Notes: a model not told the origin generated them from the sequence alone. Shown: positions 49,221-62,618, counted from the first letter of the whole stretch. The stretch: DNA of 63,426 nt, filler included, from Octopus bimaculoides (GCF_001194135.2; 5 parts of 5 records of this genome joined end to end with filler, not necessarily neighbours in it); one strand, 5' to 3'. Program-made: numbers and translations.

Positions 49221-49705
49221 CACATACATACATACATATATGGAAGAAAGCTATTTCGTCAGTTCTTTATCGCAAAGTTGTTTAATGATTTCTTTGTTTG
49301 ACTCTTTGGTGCGCGGCTATAACGGCGCTCCATTTCGCAGTATTTTAGTCATAATCGTTATTTTTATTATTGATACATGGCTGGTATTAATTTTCAGCGA
49401 TTCCATTTTATATTACGGCAGAGAAATTGGACTAAAATTTTCAGCATTGATGACCACACGTTTATACACACACTAACATTGTGTGTTTTACCGAATTCCC
49501 AAACTATAAATCTCTTTCTGAAATATTATTGTAGCGCATAGTAGAAAACGTACGGTGTACAAGGTGTATTATTTGATGGTAACGTTCTTGAGAAAATAAC
49601 CACATATATATACGAGTCATATGAGTATAAATTTTTTCTAATATAGGCACAACGTTAGTTGGAGTAAGTCGATTTCACTGCCCCAGTACTCAAATATTAC
49701 TTAAC

Positions 49706-49777
<72 letters not shown>

Positions 49778-49789
49778 TGGCGCACGCGT

Positions 49790-50260
49790 AATTGTGAGGT
49801 AAGTAGCTTGCTTTCCAACCAAATGTTTTCGGATTCAGTCACACTGCGTGGAATTTTCTAAATAACCTCGTGCCGTCCAAAGCCTTGTGAGTGCATTTGG
49901 TAGACAAAAAAGCACACCTACATATATTCATGAGTACATACACGCGTATGTGTGCGTAAGTATATTCCAAGTAATAGAGTCAACACTGTTTCTATGTTTA
50001 AAGCGTTTGCGCTATTCCTACTTATATTTCTTAAAGTGTTAGCAATATTTATACCTGTATTTTTCAGGACAAAATATAATTCAATAGTTCTGAGCCACCT
50101 GATATATATTCGATATATCAAAGTAGTAATTTCATTGAATGTAGTATTTTCAGAAGAAATATAGGATTGTGTACTCTTGTATAGATAAAGCAGCTGATGT
50201 AAATTTGGGGACGAACTGAAAGCCATTTTTTTCCAAGCTTATTCAGTAAACGAAATGTTT
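49790..50260 (+). repeat. Copy 1 of an old ~480-bp local duplication (SINE A head plus unique sequence)
   Basis: Colinear with 50965-51455, e.g. TGTTTCTATGTTTAAAGCGTTTG-GCTATTCCTAC and CTGAAAGCCATTTTTT...GCTTATTCAGTAAACGAA. Confidence 0.85.
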
Positions 50261-50964
50261 GTTGTTTAATTTTCTGACCTCGGCAGAATTTTAAAACTAG
50301 ACATAAAGCCAGAAGAATACCGCTAAATATGTCGTTCGCTGTACTAACAATTCTTCCAGCTCACCGACGTGATGGTTGCAAATTATCGCACAAACGCAGC
50401 AATTTTAGGGTAGAGGTTATATCGATTTCATTGATACTAGTGTTAAACTGGTACTTATTTTATGGACCCAAAAAGATGAAAGGCAAATTCATCCTCGGCG
50501 TAATTTGAACTCAAAATGAAAATCTGGAAGAAATACCACCAAACACTAAGTCCGTAGTTCTAAAAATTCAACGACCGAAAATAGCATTTGTCAGTGCTTT
50601 TTATCACGCCTTGTATAACGTTTCAACATTGTAACCAGAGGTGACTATGCTGATACAGTGTCTGATTACAGATTGATACATCTCAGTTTTATCGCTGATC
50701 AAGATATTAAGCTTACCTTTTGTTATTATGTATAATGATGTAATATGACTTGCGAATTTAAGTACTGGTTGCACTGTATAATTAAAGTTTTGAGCATGAT
50801 GTCTGAGATAAACAAAAATACACACGTGCGCAAACATAGCTACAGGAAAAAATGTACAAACACGCATAAGAAAAGGCACACATACATAGACACACATACA
50901 CTCATACGCTCACACATGCGTGCGCGCACACAAATATGTGGATGTATGTATGCAGGGTAGCATG

Positions 50965-51455
50965 GTTGCGAGGTAAGAAGCTTGCTTTCCAGCCAAATGA
51001 ATCCGGATTTAGTCACACTGTGTGGAATTTGCGCAAGCGTTTTGCTAAATAATCTCGTGCCGCCCAAAGCCTTCTGAGTGCATTTGATAGACAACAAAGC
51101 ACACTTACATACGTATGAGTGTGTATGTACGTGCGTTAGTATATTCAAAGTAATAGCATCAACATTGTTTCTATGTTTAAAGCGTTTGTGCTATTCCTAC
51201 TAATATTTCTTAAAGTGTTTGCACTATTCTTACCATTTTTTTTTTTTATCAGCACAAAATCTCATTCAATACTTCTGAGTCAAGTGGAATATGTTCAATG
51301 TGTCAAAATAGTAATTTCATTGAATTTACATTTTCAGAAGTAACATCGGTTTGTGTTCTGACAAACAATTGTTTGTATAGCTAAAGCTGCTGATGTGAAT
51401 TCGTGGGCGAGCTGAAAGCCATTTTTTTTACCATGCTTATTCAGTAAACGAACAC
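50965..51455 (+). repeat. Copy 2 of the ~480-bp local duplication
   Basis: See 49790-50260. Confidence 0.85.
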
Positions 51456-51538
51456 TTCCTTGTTTCATTTTTTAACTCCAGTATATTTGTCATATATTTA
51501 TTTCGTATCTGTTAATCATTATATCCGTTAATCAGTAT

Positions 51539-51712
51539 ATAAGAGAAAACTGGAAAAGGTACCTAGACGATTGTTTTATCATCTGGAATGAAATCTACGA
51601 TAAACTCCCGGATTTCAAATCCGCACTGAACAATATAAACGCCAATATTCAATTAACAATGGAATATAGCAAGGAACAGCTCCTATTTCTGGACATTTTG
51701 ATTGTGAAGTCT
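51539..51712 (+). mobile_element. Penelope-like retroelement RT fragment
   Basis: IRENWKRYLDDCFIIWNE...LNNINANIQLTMEYSKEQLLFLDILI: the RYLDD and I.FTME...L.FLD motifs are typical of PLE RTs. Confidence 0.85.
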
Positions 51713-51934
51713 TGAGGGCCTTAATTTAGTTCTATGTTTAATATTTCCTTATCGTTTATTCCACATTGTTTATGCAATTTCACATTTAAACATGTATGCA
51801 GATAGACGTGGGGGGAAAGAGATAGACGGAGAGGGAGAGAGACATAGAGGGAGGACGAGGGAGTAAGAGAGAGTGGGTGTGATATATCATTTATTTATTA
51901 TCGTTTCTTTGTTTGAGTCACTCGCCTGCGTTCA

Positions 51935-52110
51935 CCCTGTGGTACTGCCTTGAAGAAATTTTGTCAAAGTTGTTGATCCTATTAGTTACTTTTTAAAAAC
52001 TTGGCGCTGATCCTATCGGTCCTTTAGGCCAAACCGCTAAGTTACAGAGTCGTAAACACACCAACACCGAGTGTCATGCGATGGTGGGCACCAAACATAG
52101 ATACATGTGT
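51935..52110 (-). mobile_element. Diverged SINE family A 3' part
   Basis: CCGCTAAGTTAC...GTAAACACACCAACACCG match the family A body. Confidence 0.7.
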
Positions 52111-52144
52111 GTATTATTTGTGTGTGCATATGTGTGTGTGTACG

Positions 52145-52235
52145 TACGAGGGGTGTATGAAAAGTTTTGAACCATCAAGGGCTTTGAGCTTTGAAGTCTT
52201 GTCACATGGCTTTTTCTTTTAAGGTTGAAGATTTT
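52145..52235 (+). mobile_element. Isolated mariner-type terminal inverted repeat
   Basis: TA-CGAGGGGTGTATGAAAAGTT resembles the ends at 32436 and 37446. Confidence 0.5.
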
Positions 52236-52270
52236 ATATATATATATACATACATACATACATACATACA

Positions 52271-52306
<36 letters not shown>

Positions 52307-52547
52307 TATATATGTGTGTGTGTGTGTTTGTGTGTGCATAAACTTAGAACTTAGATAAAACTTAGATATGTTTCGACCAAAGATTGGTCCAGGCCATGTC
52401 TAACTCAATAGCATCACCTGATAGGATTATCACCTGATAGGATTATCTAAATCCAGTCAAGGCTTGTTTATGGTCCATTCAAGTAGTGAGTTCTTATTGA
52501 GTGAGTTGTATCCATGTATGGGTGGCTTGTTTGGTATTCTTTGAAGA

Positions 52548-52582
<35 letters not shown>

Positions 52583-52583
<1 letters not shown>

Positions 52584-52735
52584 CAGGGCTTCCGTCTACC
52601 AAAGTTATTCATGAAGCCTAATCGGACCGAGGCTATAGTAGAAGACACATTCCCAAGTTGCCATACAGTGACAGTGAACCTGGAGCACTGTGGTTGGGAA
52701 ACAAACTTCTTACCAACGGCCACGTTTGCGCTTAC
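52583..52735 (-). mobile_element. SINE family A 5' part
   Basis: GGGCTTCCGTCTACCAAA...GAGGCTATAGTAGAAGACAC-T-CCCAAG. Confidence 0.75.
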
Positions 52736-53774
52736 GTTTCCATATTTTCAATAAAAGACTGATTTTTGACAATGTTCGATAAGCTGACGTAGGAAAATGA
52801 ACGAAGTATTATCTTCATGCATGCATTTCGGAAAAAAAAATGCATGTAAAACAGCCCTGTATAAAACATTGATTCTCGTGCTGGTCGTCACGGTTTCACA
52901 TAATGTGTAAAATGCATTTGTAAGACAGATTTAGCCGTATAAACTCTAGAAGTAAAAGAAATCAAAGAAAAGAATATCACTTGTAATACATACTCCTGTC
53001 ACGAAAACTAAGAGAGTTAGGTCACGATTTTGCATACCTCTCATTACATTACAATCCACGAAATTGTATGTCATGTTTCTTAGATTTATCTCATTGATAG
53101 CGTAAAAGAAGGTGTCTGGAAAAAAAATGTTTGTTCCACGTTTTATAGTGTTTCACAACCACCTAAATTTTAACCGAATTTATATAACACAAACTCTAAA
53201 CTATTTCAATCAGTCATATACACAATGTAAGTGGAGATAGGCGCGTGTAATACCCGAGGAAAGGAAATAACTAACGAGAAGCTAAAAGTGCAAACCTTTT
53301 GGATTTGCTTTTGTTTTCAGTCACTAAATTCTAAATTGTAAAGCATAATTATACTCACAGTCACATACATACCCGCAGGCAGACACACATACACACTCTC
53401 ACAAAGCGTATGCGCTCCGTTAGACACAATATGTATAAATGAATATAAATGTGTGTTTGTGTGTGTGTACATGGATGGATTTATGGCAGAAATTACAAAG
53501 TGACTCAAGGGTTCCAAATCACCTACCACATTGCTCAAAAAATCAGGAAGTCTATTTTTATAGAGATAGATTTTTTTAATTGTAATGATCTATGGAATTT
53601 TCAATAAAAAAAAGAATAAAAACGGAGTGTCAGAAGGATAATGCTGAGACATTCGTTTTGCAGTGAACTGAACATAGGCACTGCATGTATGCAGAAACAT
53701 GTATGTATATATGTATGTATGTACGTATGTGTGTGTGCGTATATATATTATTATATTATATTATATTATATTAT

Positions 53775-53910
53775 ATTTATCTTATGATATTTACTTTACT
53801 TTATATTATACTCATTTATTGTGCTTTTAATTATTATTTTTTCTATATGTGATAGTGGATTTTCATCGATGAGTTCTTGAAAATTGGTTATTTTCCCTAA
53901 AACTATATAT
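53775..53910. repeat. Second copy of the ~140-bp segment at 29200-29340
   Basis: Direct match. Confidence 0.8.
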
Positions 53911-53979
53911 ATTTTATATATACTTTATCTATAAGGCTCAATTTAATTTTAATTTTTTATAAATTGATTTTAATTGAGT

Positions 53980-54019
<40 letters not shown>

Positions 54020-56130
54020 GTATGTATATATATATATCATTTATATATATATAAATAGCTACAAACATACGTGTGTATATACATATATATACATAAGTGA
54101 GTTTGTAGAAATATATTATCCGGGCGGATACCTTATTTGCTCTCAATTAAGTTCCAGTGAACCGCTAACCATTACGATCAGTATATAACATCTGTGACTA
54201 CAGTTTGTTGCTAGTCACTTCATGAATTCTTCAGATGGCTAAATCCCTGTGTGCTTCGCTGGACTTTAGAAAGTGTCTGTTGTATATATTATTAGTAATA
54301 ATATAGAAGATAACCACACCGACGCTACAAGATAACAACACCGACGCTAAACCAAGCCATATTGATAAAATAAATCCCAGGTGAGTAATGTGGTCGATGT
54401 GATCAACTTATCCCTACTTGCGCAGTTGCTGACCTTGGGCCAAAATTTGAAACCAGTATTCGTACATACTTCATAGAGAGTCGCTACTGAGATACCGATA
54501 TATCAAAGTAGAACAATTCATTTATATTTCCCCAATATATGTGAAAGATTTATGAGACGTGAAATCTAATTTAATAGCAAGAAGCATCTTTAGGCAATTT
54601 GTGGTTTCACTACTGATTATAAACTAATAACTATGATATTATTGCCGCAGTTTCTTTTAATTTTGCTTCCGATTATTTCCATTTGTGTTGTAATTATGTT
54701 TAAATATAATCATGTATCGAACCGTTAAGTGATATGGCGAAATGCAATGACTTAGAGCTGGACATGCATTATTGCAGATCCCAAAGGAAGACCACTTCAT
54801 ATAAGTGCGTGTTTTCTGAAAGACATGCCATGTTATGATTAAAGAAGTGATGGCTGATTTGGCTACCGTACACAACCGAGACGAACTCCAATTCTAGAAC
54901 CCATTTCTTGATATATGGTTATATTTAACAGGTCATGATTTATATATTACATATTCTAAGTATGTTTAGCGTTAGATATATAAATGCGTAATCCTCGAGA
55001 ACTTTGTAAATAAATTATTCAGTTATTAGTTTTTATACTGGTATAAAAACTATTTCGCAATGTATTTGGTAAAAAGCCCTTCCATGGAAAAATTTTCGAA
55101 GGATCCATTTGGGACTATACAACCGAGGGCTATCTTTGGTCTATGCTACGCAGTTTAATTATTGCGCTTTTCATTTAGAAACAAAATATTAAATTCTTTA
55201 TAATTTATAAGAGTTTCTACTGAGTATTGAGTATAGTACTGTCACAGAGAAAGCTGAGTTGAAAAAGGGAACTATAAAATTAATTTGGAGACAGTGTCGT
55301 GTTGTGGTGAATAAGGAAAAGTAGACTGTGACTTAGAATGTTCATAGACTGGAACAAAAATGTGTTGAATGGTCCTCCACTTTACTGCTAAATAATTCTT
55401 AAATATATCACTTAACATGGAGAACAACATTATATATATACATATACATGCATATAAATATATGTATGTATGTTTATATACATATATATNNNNNNNNNNN
55501 NNNNNNNNNNNNNNNNNNNNNNNNNNNNNNNNNNNNNNNNNNNNNNNNNNNNNNNNNNNNNNNNNNNNNNNNNNNNNNNNNNNNNNNNNNNNNNNNNNNN
55601 NNNNNNNNNNNNNNNNNNNNNNNNNNNNNNNNNNNNNNNNNNNNNNNNNNNNNNNNNNNNNNNNNNNNNNNNNNNNNNNNNNNNNNNNNNNNNNNNNNNN
55701 NNNNNNNNNNNNNNNNNNNNNNNNNNNNNNNNNNNNNNNNNNNNNNNNNNNNNNNNNNNNNNNNNNNNNNNNNNNNNNNNNNNNNNNNNNNNNNNNNNNN
55801 NNNNNNNNNNNNNNNNNNNNNNNNNNNNNNNNNNNNNNNNNNNNNNNNNNNNNNNNNNNNNNNNNNNNNNNNNNNNNNNNNNNNNNNNNNNNNNNNNNNN
55901 NNNNNNNNNNNNNNNNNNNNNNNNNNNNNNNNNNNNNNNNNNNNNNNNNNNNNNNNNNNNNNNNNNNNNNNNNNNNNNNNNNNNNNNNNNNNNNNNNNNN
56001 NNNNNNNNNNNNNNNNNNNNNNNNNNNNNNNNNNNNNNNNNNNNNNNNNNNNNNNNNNNNNNNNNNNNNNNNNNNNNNNNNNNNNNNNNNNNNNNNNNNN
56101 NNNNNNNNNNNNNNNNNNNNNNNNNNNNNN

Positions 56131-56177
<47 letters not shown>

Positions 56178-57808
56178 CGCTTATGCATATATTAACATAT
56201 GCACACAGTTTAATGCAGGTGAGTATACTTACTGTGTATGTATGCCAAAATTTGTTTGTTTATAATTACATAATTAATGAAAAGAACAATCACTAATGTA
56301 AATTAGGAGTAGACAAACAAAACTGTTTGAACGTCGTAGTAATTGCCATGCGGTGTCTCATCTGGAACTTTGCTTTCTGAATATACATTATGTTGGAATC
56401 AGCTAAGACTTTGATCGTCAAATAAAGTAAAGTCAGATATATGTACTTAAAGCTGTGGGCCTTGAACCTTTTTTGAAATGATAAGTCAGGTCAAGAAAAA
56501 TTTGATTGGATGACACCAAAATCCAAACTGATAAAAGACTGAATAAGAGCAAGCATCAAGGGAGTCATTTGATTTTTCGCAAATACAATGATAACCCTGG
56601 GCATGTTTCAGTTTTATTTCACCTCCTCAGCAAAATATTGAAATATCTGTATTTAGCAGCAGCTAATCTTAAGTGAACAATACATTCGCTGATTGGAAAA
56701 TCTAAATAAGAACACGGAATTTTTTTTCTTTTTTTTTTTTTGTGCGATGGCATCTGGATGTAAAACATATAGTGAAGTAGCGTATAATTTATTGCAGTGA
56801 TGCAAAAATATCAATTATATTTATATCCATAATGGAAACAAAATATAATTATTAGTTAATGAGAATACTTTTTTAATGTATGTCTGAGCTTTATATGGAA
56901 GTTCGGTGTATTTTTATCAACTTGGGGGTACCAGACGTTTTTCGATTAAGTCTAGCGGCAATATACCAATGTCAAGCTATGGGTGAATATTTATTTACTA
57001 AAAAATATAACTGTGTAAAATGTAACTTTGAAATCAATCATCGCAAGCTTTAGAATTTGATAATTCCTCACTACAATGACATTTTACCGACATTTAAAGC
57101 TAGCAATTAATTCAATACAAAACATAATTAAAAAGAATAATAATAACAATAATAATAATAAAAGTCAATTGAGTTAACACAGACATTTCAACCCATTAAT
57201 TTCACATTTATTTGATCTCTGAAGAACAATGTGTGATCGCAGTTAAAACTTCCAATTCTCATTGTTAAAATGGTTCTTTATTTCTTCCTATTTTTATTCT
57301 TTACAAAGCAAAGAAATTAATTTTGTTATCGTGAAATGTTCAGTATAATTGCTGTCCTGGGTCTCAATCTTTAATGCCCTCGTCTGGAATAATGCTCGTG
57401 TTATAGCGAAGCCTTTTAAAAGTTGAAATAAAGAGACATTGATGGCGATTATATAAAAGCAAACTACGAATTCTGGAAACCTGATCAAAAACAGCGATTT
57501 AGTTAGAATTAATTAAAATAATCAAGGAACATTTAAATCTGATTTTCTTAACAACAACTAAATTTAAAGTTCAAAACTATTGAGAAACCTTGTATGGCCG
57601 TTCCTGAAATTGCTCAAATACCAAGGGTCATTATGGTTGACTACTTTACACAAAGAACAAAAAGTTTATATCAACAAAATGAAGATTGGAGCACATAATT
57701 GAAAGATGTGTGTGCGCGTGCGTCCATGCAAGTGTGAGTACATACATTATTTTATCTATGTATCTATCGAAATGTATATATATATATATATATATATACA
57801 TACATACT

Positions 57809-57864
<56 letters not shown>

Positions 57865-57870
57865 CATATA

Positions 57871-58365
57871 TAAGGTGTCCCAAAAGTCACTGATGTGTTT
57901 CAGCTTCTAACAACTTCCTTAACTTTACAAATAAATGCATGAGATTGTCATAGAATATAAAGGACTTAATGCAGATTATATGCACTAAGGTAATTTTGCA
58001 ACACCACTAGATCACATATTAAAAATGACATCGCTAAAATGCCAGCCATTTTCGGCCTTGCACGCCCATGCTCTTACCGAAAATTGCACCATAACACTCT
58101 CAAGTGTTTTCAGACTCCATTTCTCTAATTTTTATCATGCTATGCTCCTTCGGTTGCACCAGGGTCTCGGGTATCCCCTACAGGAAAAAATCCGCGCTGG
58201 TCAAGTGTGGAAACCGTGAAGTCCAGTTGACATTGCCGTAGCGTGAGATTATTCTCTTTCTCCAGAGCACTGCCGCAGCAACTGCATTGTGACTCTTGCG
58301 GTATGAGAAGTTAGCCCCATCTTGCTGGAACCATGTGTAATGTCTACTCTGAATGGCCTTCACCT
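57871..58365 (-). mobile_element. Tc1/mariner-superfamily transposase 3' relic with TIR
   Basis: WFQQDGA...RIISRYGNVNWTSRFPHLTSADFFL*GY matches the WFQQDGAP...WPPRSPDLTPxDFFLWG motifs. Terminal TA-AGGTGTCCCAAAAGTC. Confidence 0.85.
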
Positions 58366-58453
58366 TCCCCAGACTTGCCTAACCCGGATTTTTTTTTTTT
58401 TTTGTAGGGATGCCTGAAGGAGAAGGTTTACGTGAACAAACTGAAGATCCTGG
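58366..58453 (+). mobile_element. Second, inverted fragment of a similar transposase
   Basis: PSPDLPNPDFF...GCLKEKVYVNK, truncated by a gap. Confidence 0.6.
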
Positions 58454-60485
58454 NNNNNNNNNNNNNNNNNNNNNNNNNNNNNNNNNNNNNNNNNNNNNNN
58501 NNNNNNNNNNNNNNNNNNNNNNNNNNNNNNNNNNNNNNNNNNNNNNNNNNNNNNNNNNNNNNNNNNNNNNNNNNNNNNNNNNNNNNNNNNNNNNNNNNNN
58601 NNNNNNNNNNNNNNNNNNNNNNNNNNNNNNNNNNNNNNNNNNNNNNNNNNNNNNNNNNNNNNNNNNNNNNNNNNNNNNNNNNNNNNNNNNNNNNNNNNNN
58701 NNNNNNNNNNNNNNNNNNNNNNNNNNNNNNNNNNNNNNNNNNNNNNNNNNNNNNNNNNNNNNNNNNNNNNNNNNNNNNNNNNNNNNNNNNNNNNNNNNNN
58801 NNNNNNNNNNNNNNNNNNNNNNNNNNNNNNNNNNNNNNNNNNNNNNNNNNNNNNNNNNNNNNNNNNNNNNNNNNNNNNNNNNNNNNNNNNNNNNNNNNNN
58901 NNNNNNNNNNNNNNNNNNNNNNNNNNNNNNNNNNNNNNNNNNNNNNNNNNNNNNNNNNNNNNNNNNNNNNNNNNNNNNNNNNNNNNNNNNNNNNNNNNNN
59001 NNNNNNNNNNNNNNNNNNNNNNNNNNNNNNNNNNNNNNNNNNNNNNNNNNNNNNNNNNNNNNNNNNNNNNNNNNNNNNNNNNNNNNNNNNNNNNNNNNNN
59101 NNNNNNNNNNNNNNNNNNNNNNNNNNNNNNNNNNNNNNNNNNNNNNNNNNNNNNNNNNNNNNNNNNNNNNNNNNNNNNNNNNNNNNNNNNNNNNNNNNNN
59201 NNNNNNNNNNNNNNNNNNNNNNNNNNNNNNNNNNNNNNNNNNNNNNNNNNNNNNNNNNNNNNNNNNNNNNNNNNNNNNNNNNNNNNNNNNNNNATATATA
59301 TATATATATATATACGTAAATAGATTTGAGGCGTTAGTGGTAAACTCGACAACAGTGACCTGACATATGTACTGAACCCGGAACCATGCGGTTCGTAAGC
59401 AAGCTACTTACCACACAGCCACGTGTAAATGCCGTGTGCATATCCGTGTGTATGCGTGTGGGCATATGTATGTGTGTGTGAGGCTATGAAATGCGTGTAT
59501 ACAGTGTGAATTTAGCATGCGCGTAGGTATATACGTGTGTGTGTGATATTATTTTCTTTTTAAATGTGTATGAAGCTGTCAAACGTTTATACACGTCTGA
59601 TAGAAGCAATCAGCCGTTTATACACGTATGTGTAACACTATTGTGTGTGTGTATCTGGTGTGTATATATGCGTGTGTGTGTGTGTGTGTGAATGGGTGTC
59701 CCTGTTTCCAGTTGATGTGCGTGTATGCATGTATATACACACACAAAGGCCGTTAATTACAAAGTCATTTGAATAAGCACTATAATTTTCTCAGTTATTA
59801 CGTAAGATTTAGTTCGTTTCAATGGAAATTCGTAATGACTGTGATGCAAACAAGAGTACTAATAATATATGAAGATTAAAGAAATGCAACAATCTTTGAA
59901 AATATGGAATAACGGTATCGAACACAACACATTCTCGGATAGAGAACATTATAAATGAGTGTAGAGGCATACACACACACGCACAAACGCACGCATGCGC
60001 GCACACACATACTCACACACACATATATGAATGCATTTATGTATACACGGGGCAGATTTGATTTTGTTCCAGTACCTTATGTTGAAACTAGAAATGTGTT
60101 CCACATACTCACGTCTGCTGTTGCATCATCGTGCTTCCATTTTAGTTCTCTAAGTTTACTTTGAAATTTATCGTTCCAGAATCTTTTAATGATTCAATAA
60201 ATTATCACCCGAAAACAACGGTGATAGAGTAATTTGTACCTCGTTTTGGTAGCTTAAGAAAAAGATGAGATTATCACGGTGAGAAATTTTTTATTGCATC
60301 TCTGTTTGACAAAAGAAGAACAAAGATGACGATAACAACAGCATCGACTAAGGTGACCCTAACACAGGAAATTATCGTTTGCGCAGTCGTAAGAAACCGT
60401 TGGAAACTATCGGAATTCTCTGCATAACACACTTTCAGTTTTTAACTGAGGTGATCACGCTGGAAAGTGCCATACTAGTATTTTA

Positions 60486-60638
60486 TACATTATTCACATT
60501 ATTTACATTTGACGGATTTTTGTCCTTATCTTGTTTGTTGTTAACACAACGTTTCGGCTGATATACTCTCCAGCCTTCCTCAGTGATCTTGGGGAAATTT
60601 CAAATCTGGGTTCTCATTCCTAAGGTCTTTTTCGATGC

Positions 60639-60699
<61 letters not shown>

Positions 60700-60709
60700 N
60701 NNNNNNNNN

Positions 60710-60770
<61 letters not shown>
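60486..60770 (-). mobile_element. Hammerhead-bearing element tail and body followed by (TTA)n
   Basis: Matches 2662-2781 and 29862-29971. Confidence 0.8.
60543..60588 (-). ncRNA. Minimal hammerhead-like motif with intact core and stem II
   Basis: GATCA-CTGAGGA-A-GGCTG(GAGAGTATAT)CAGCC-GAAAC-GTT-GTGTT. Perfect 5-bp stem II and palindromic AACGTT at stem III. Stem I pairing is poor in this copy. Confidence 0.5.
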
Positions 60771-60984
60771 CATTCATTTATTTTCTAATTTTCTATCAAT
60801 TAATACCAAGATTAATAGGTAATACTACTTTCAATAACGTCCTTCAATTATGGCGTACTACGATTCGAAAACTTTCAAATCACCGTGTACTTCAGGATTC
60901 CTAGGGCAACATTTTATTATGTCAAATTCAATACTAGACGCAAATCAGTGCTATTATTCTGATGATAAGAAAAGGCGTAGAGCT

Positions 60985-61190
60985 TACAGAATCTTTAGCG
61001 TGTTGGAAATTATACTTAACGATGTTCCTTCCTGCCTTTTACGTTACCACCGAGATCAAACTCATCTTATTTGATTTTGAGCATGATAAAGTACCACTAA
61101 AGTACTTGAGGCCAAGTAATCGACTTGACTGTAGTATTTCCGTTAACAAAACAAACGAAAAATGCCGGCTTTGTGCCAAAATTTGGAATA
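60985..61190 (+). mobile_element. Highly diverged SINE family B
   Basis: CAGAATC-TTAGC...TTTACGTT...CCGAG...GATAAAGTACCA...GTAATCGACTT...GGC-TTGTGCCAAAATTTG follow the family B order. Confidence 0.6.
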
Positions 61191-61669
61191 AATATTTGTA
61201 TGATGAAAATCAACAGCGCTCAACAGATTGTACAAAAGAAACTCATTAGGAAATAACATAATCCTGCAGTATAAATAAACTACAAAACTATATAACAAAA
61301 TGAAGGATCTACATGTCTTTTGACTATTAATATTTAGTGGCCCAATCAACTGAACTAATGATTCGTTGAAATAAAATATGAATACCTCTGCATTTCAGAG
61401 ATACGTGTACTGTAAACGTAATCTTCCAGAGAACCAATACAACACATGGATGCACCTTTGAATTATATGTACGAAAAAAACTGAGTCGCTTCAATGTATT
61501 TCTGTAAGCGCAATTCCACTTACTGCACTTATGAATCTTTTTGGGGAAACAGTGAATCTCGAAGCAATGTATAAATAAGAACGAGTAAATACTATGTTGA
61601 ATAACATTTTGGACCGAAAAAATCGGAGGCTGCTTCTGATGTGAACGATATCATATATATATATATATA

Positions 61670-61769
61670 NNNNNNNNNNNNNNNNNNNNNNNNNNNNNNN
61701 NNNNNNNNNNNNNTTAATTAATTAANNNNNNNNNNNNNNNNNNNNNNNNNNNNNNNNNNNNNNNNNNNN
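61670..61769. other. Assembly join spacer (44N-TTAATTAATTAA-44N)
   Basis: Same structure as the other three. Confidence 0.95.
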
Positions 61770-62402
61770 GGGGGGGGAGAGAGAAATGAACATAGACTCA
61801 GGCATGACTATTGTCAAGAAGTTCGCTTTACAACTTCGGAGTTTCGAATTCGGTTTTACTACGCGGCACCTTGGACGCAAAATTTGTTTTTCCCACGCGA
61901 GTTCCGGACCCCAGTTGTGAACACTTCTGCATACAGCCAATAAAAGCTCAGCTATCAAACTAGTGTCCACCTAGTCACGAAAATACTCTGGTCGAGTTCA
62001 GTGGAAAATGTGTGCCATTGCAAAATTTAACAGTTCTAAATAGGTTAATAGGGGTGACAAATATGAAATTTAGTGCATAAAGTGAATGGCGCCATAAGTG
62101 CTGCCAATTTGTGTAATTTATTAGAAAATGTAAATGAGTGTAGTTTCCTATTTTTTTTTTTACTGACTTTGTACATTCCTAATTTAAAATGTTGGTGTTG
62201 ATCTGGAAACATCGTATTCAATATGGTGCTGTGTCGTATTGCGCCCTCCTTGCATATATCGATGGGTACAAGCAGTATCACTAATCTCAGTCTGAGCATA
62301 AGTACCTAATGTTAGCTCCATATACAGACGGTGCTTAACTGATCTATGAGGATGGTGGGCGGATGTGGTGCTTATGTGAAACCTGCTATGCTGTACTCAC
62401 AG

Positions 62403-62469
62403 AGTGACATACACCATTCTATGCCTGACTGGCTGTACTGTAGTAGTACACAGTATGTGGATTTTCAAG
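62403..62469 (+). CDS. Candidate exon (SDIHHSMPDWLYCSSTQYVDFQ); frame also open from ATG 62346
   Basis: Acceptor ctgtactcacAG, donor AAG|GTGAGC, open frame. Confidence 0.3.
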
Positions 62470-62479
62470 GTGAGCTCTG

Positions 62480-62545
62480 ATTGGCTGTATGCAAATGAGT
62501 TCATTACTGGGGTCTGGAACTCTCGCGGGAAAAAATTTCACGTCC
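62480..62545. promoter_or_regulatory. Reverse CCAAT, octamer ATGCAAAT and E2F-like GCGGGAAA cluster
   Basis: GATTGGCTGTATGCAAATGAG and TCTCGCGGGAAAAA seen in a locally CpG-rich patch. Confidence 0.25.
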
Positions 62546-62618
62546 TGGAGCGATTAATATCTTGCGAGTGCGACCCTTCGAGAATCACTGTTGGTTTGTT
62601 CACGACCCCGTGAATAAG

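Noticed and set aside
52413-52447. 16-bp tandem duplication ATCACCTGATAGGATT
   Set aside because: Ordinary slippage event with no further structure.
60962-61249. 95-aa ORF as a host exon
   Set aside because: It overlaps a diverged SINE family B copy in colinear order.
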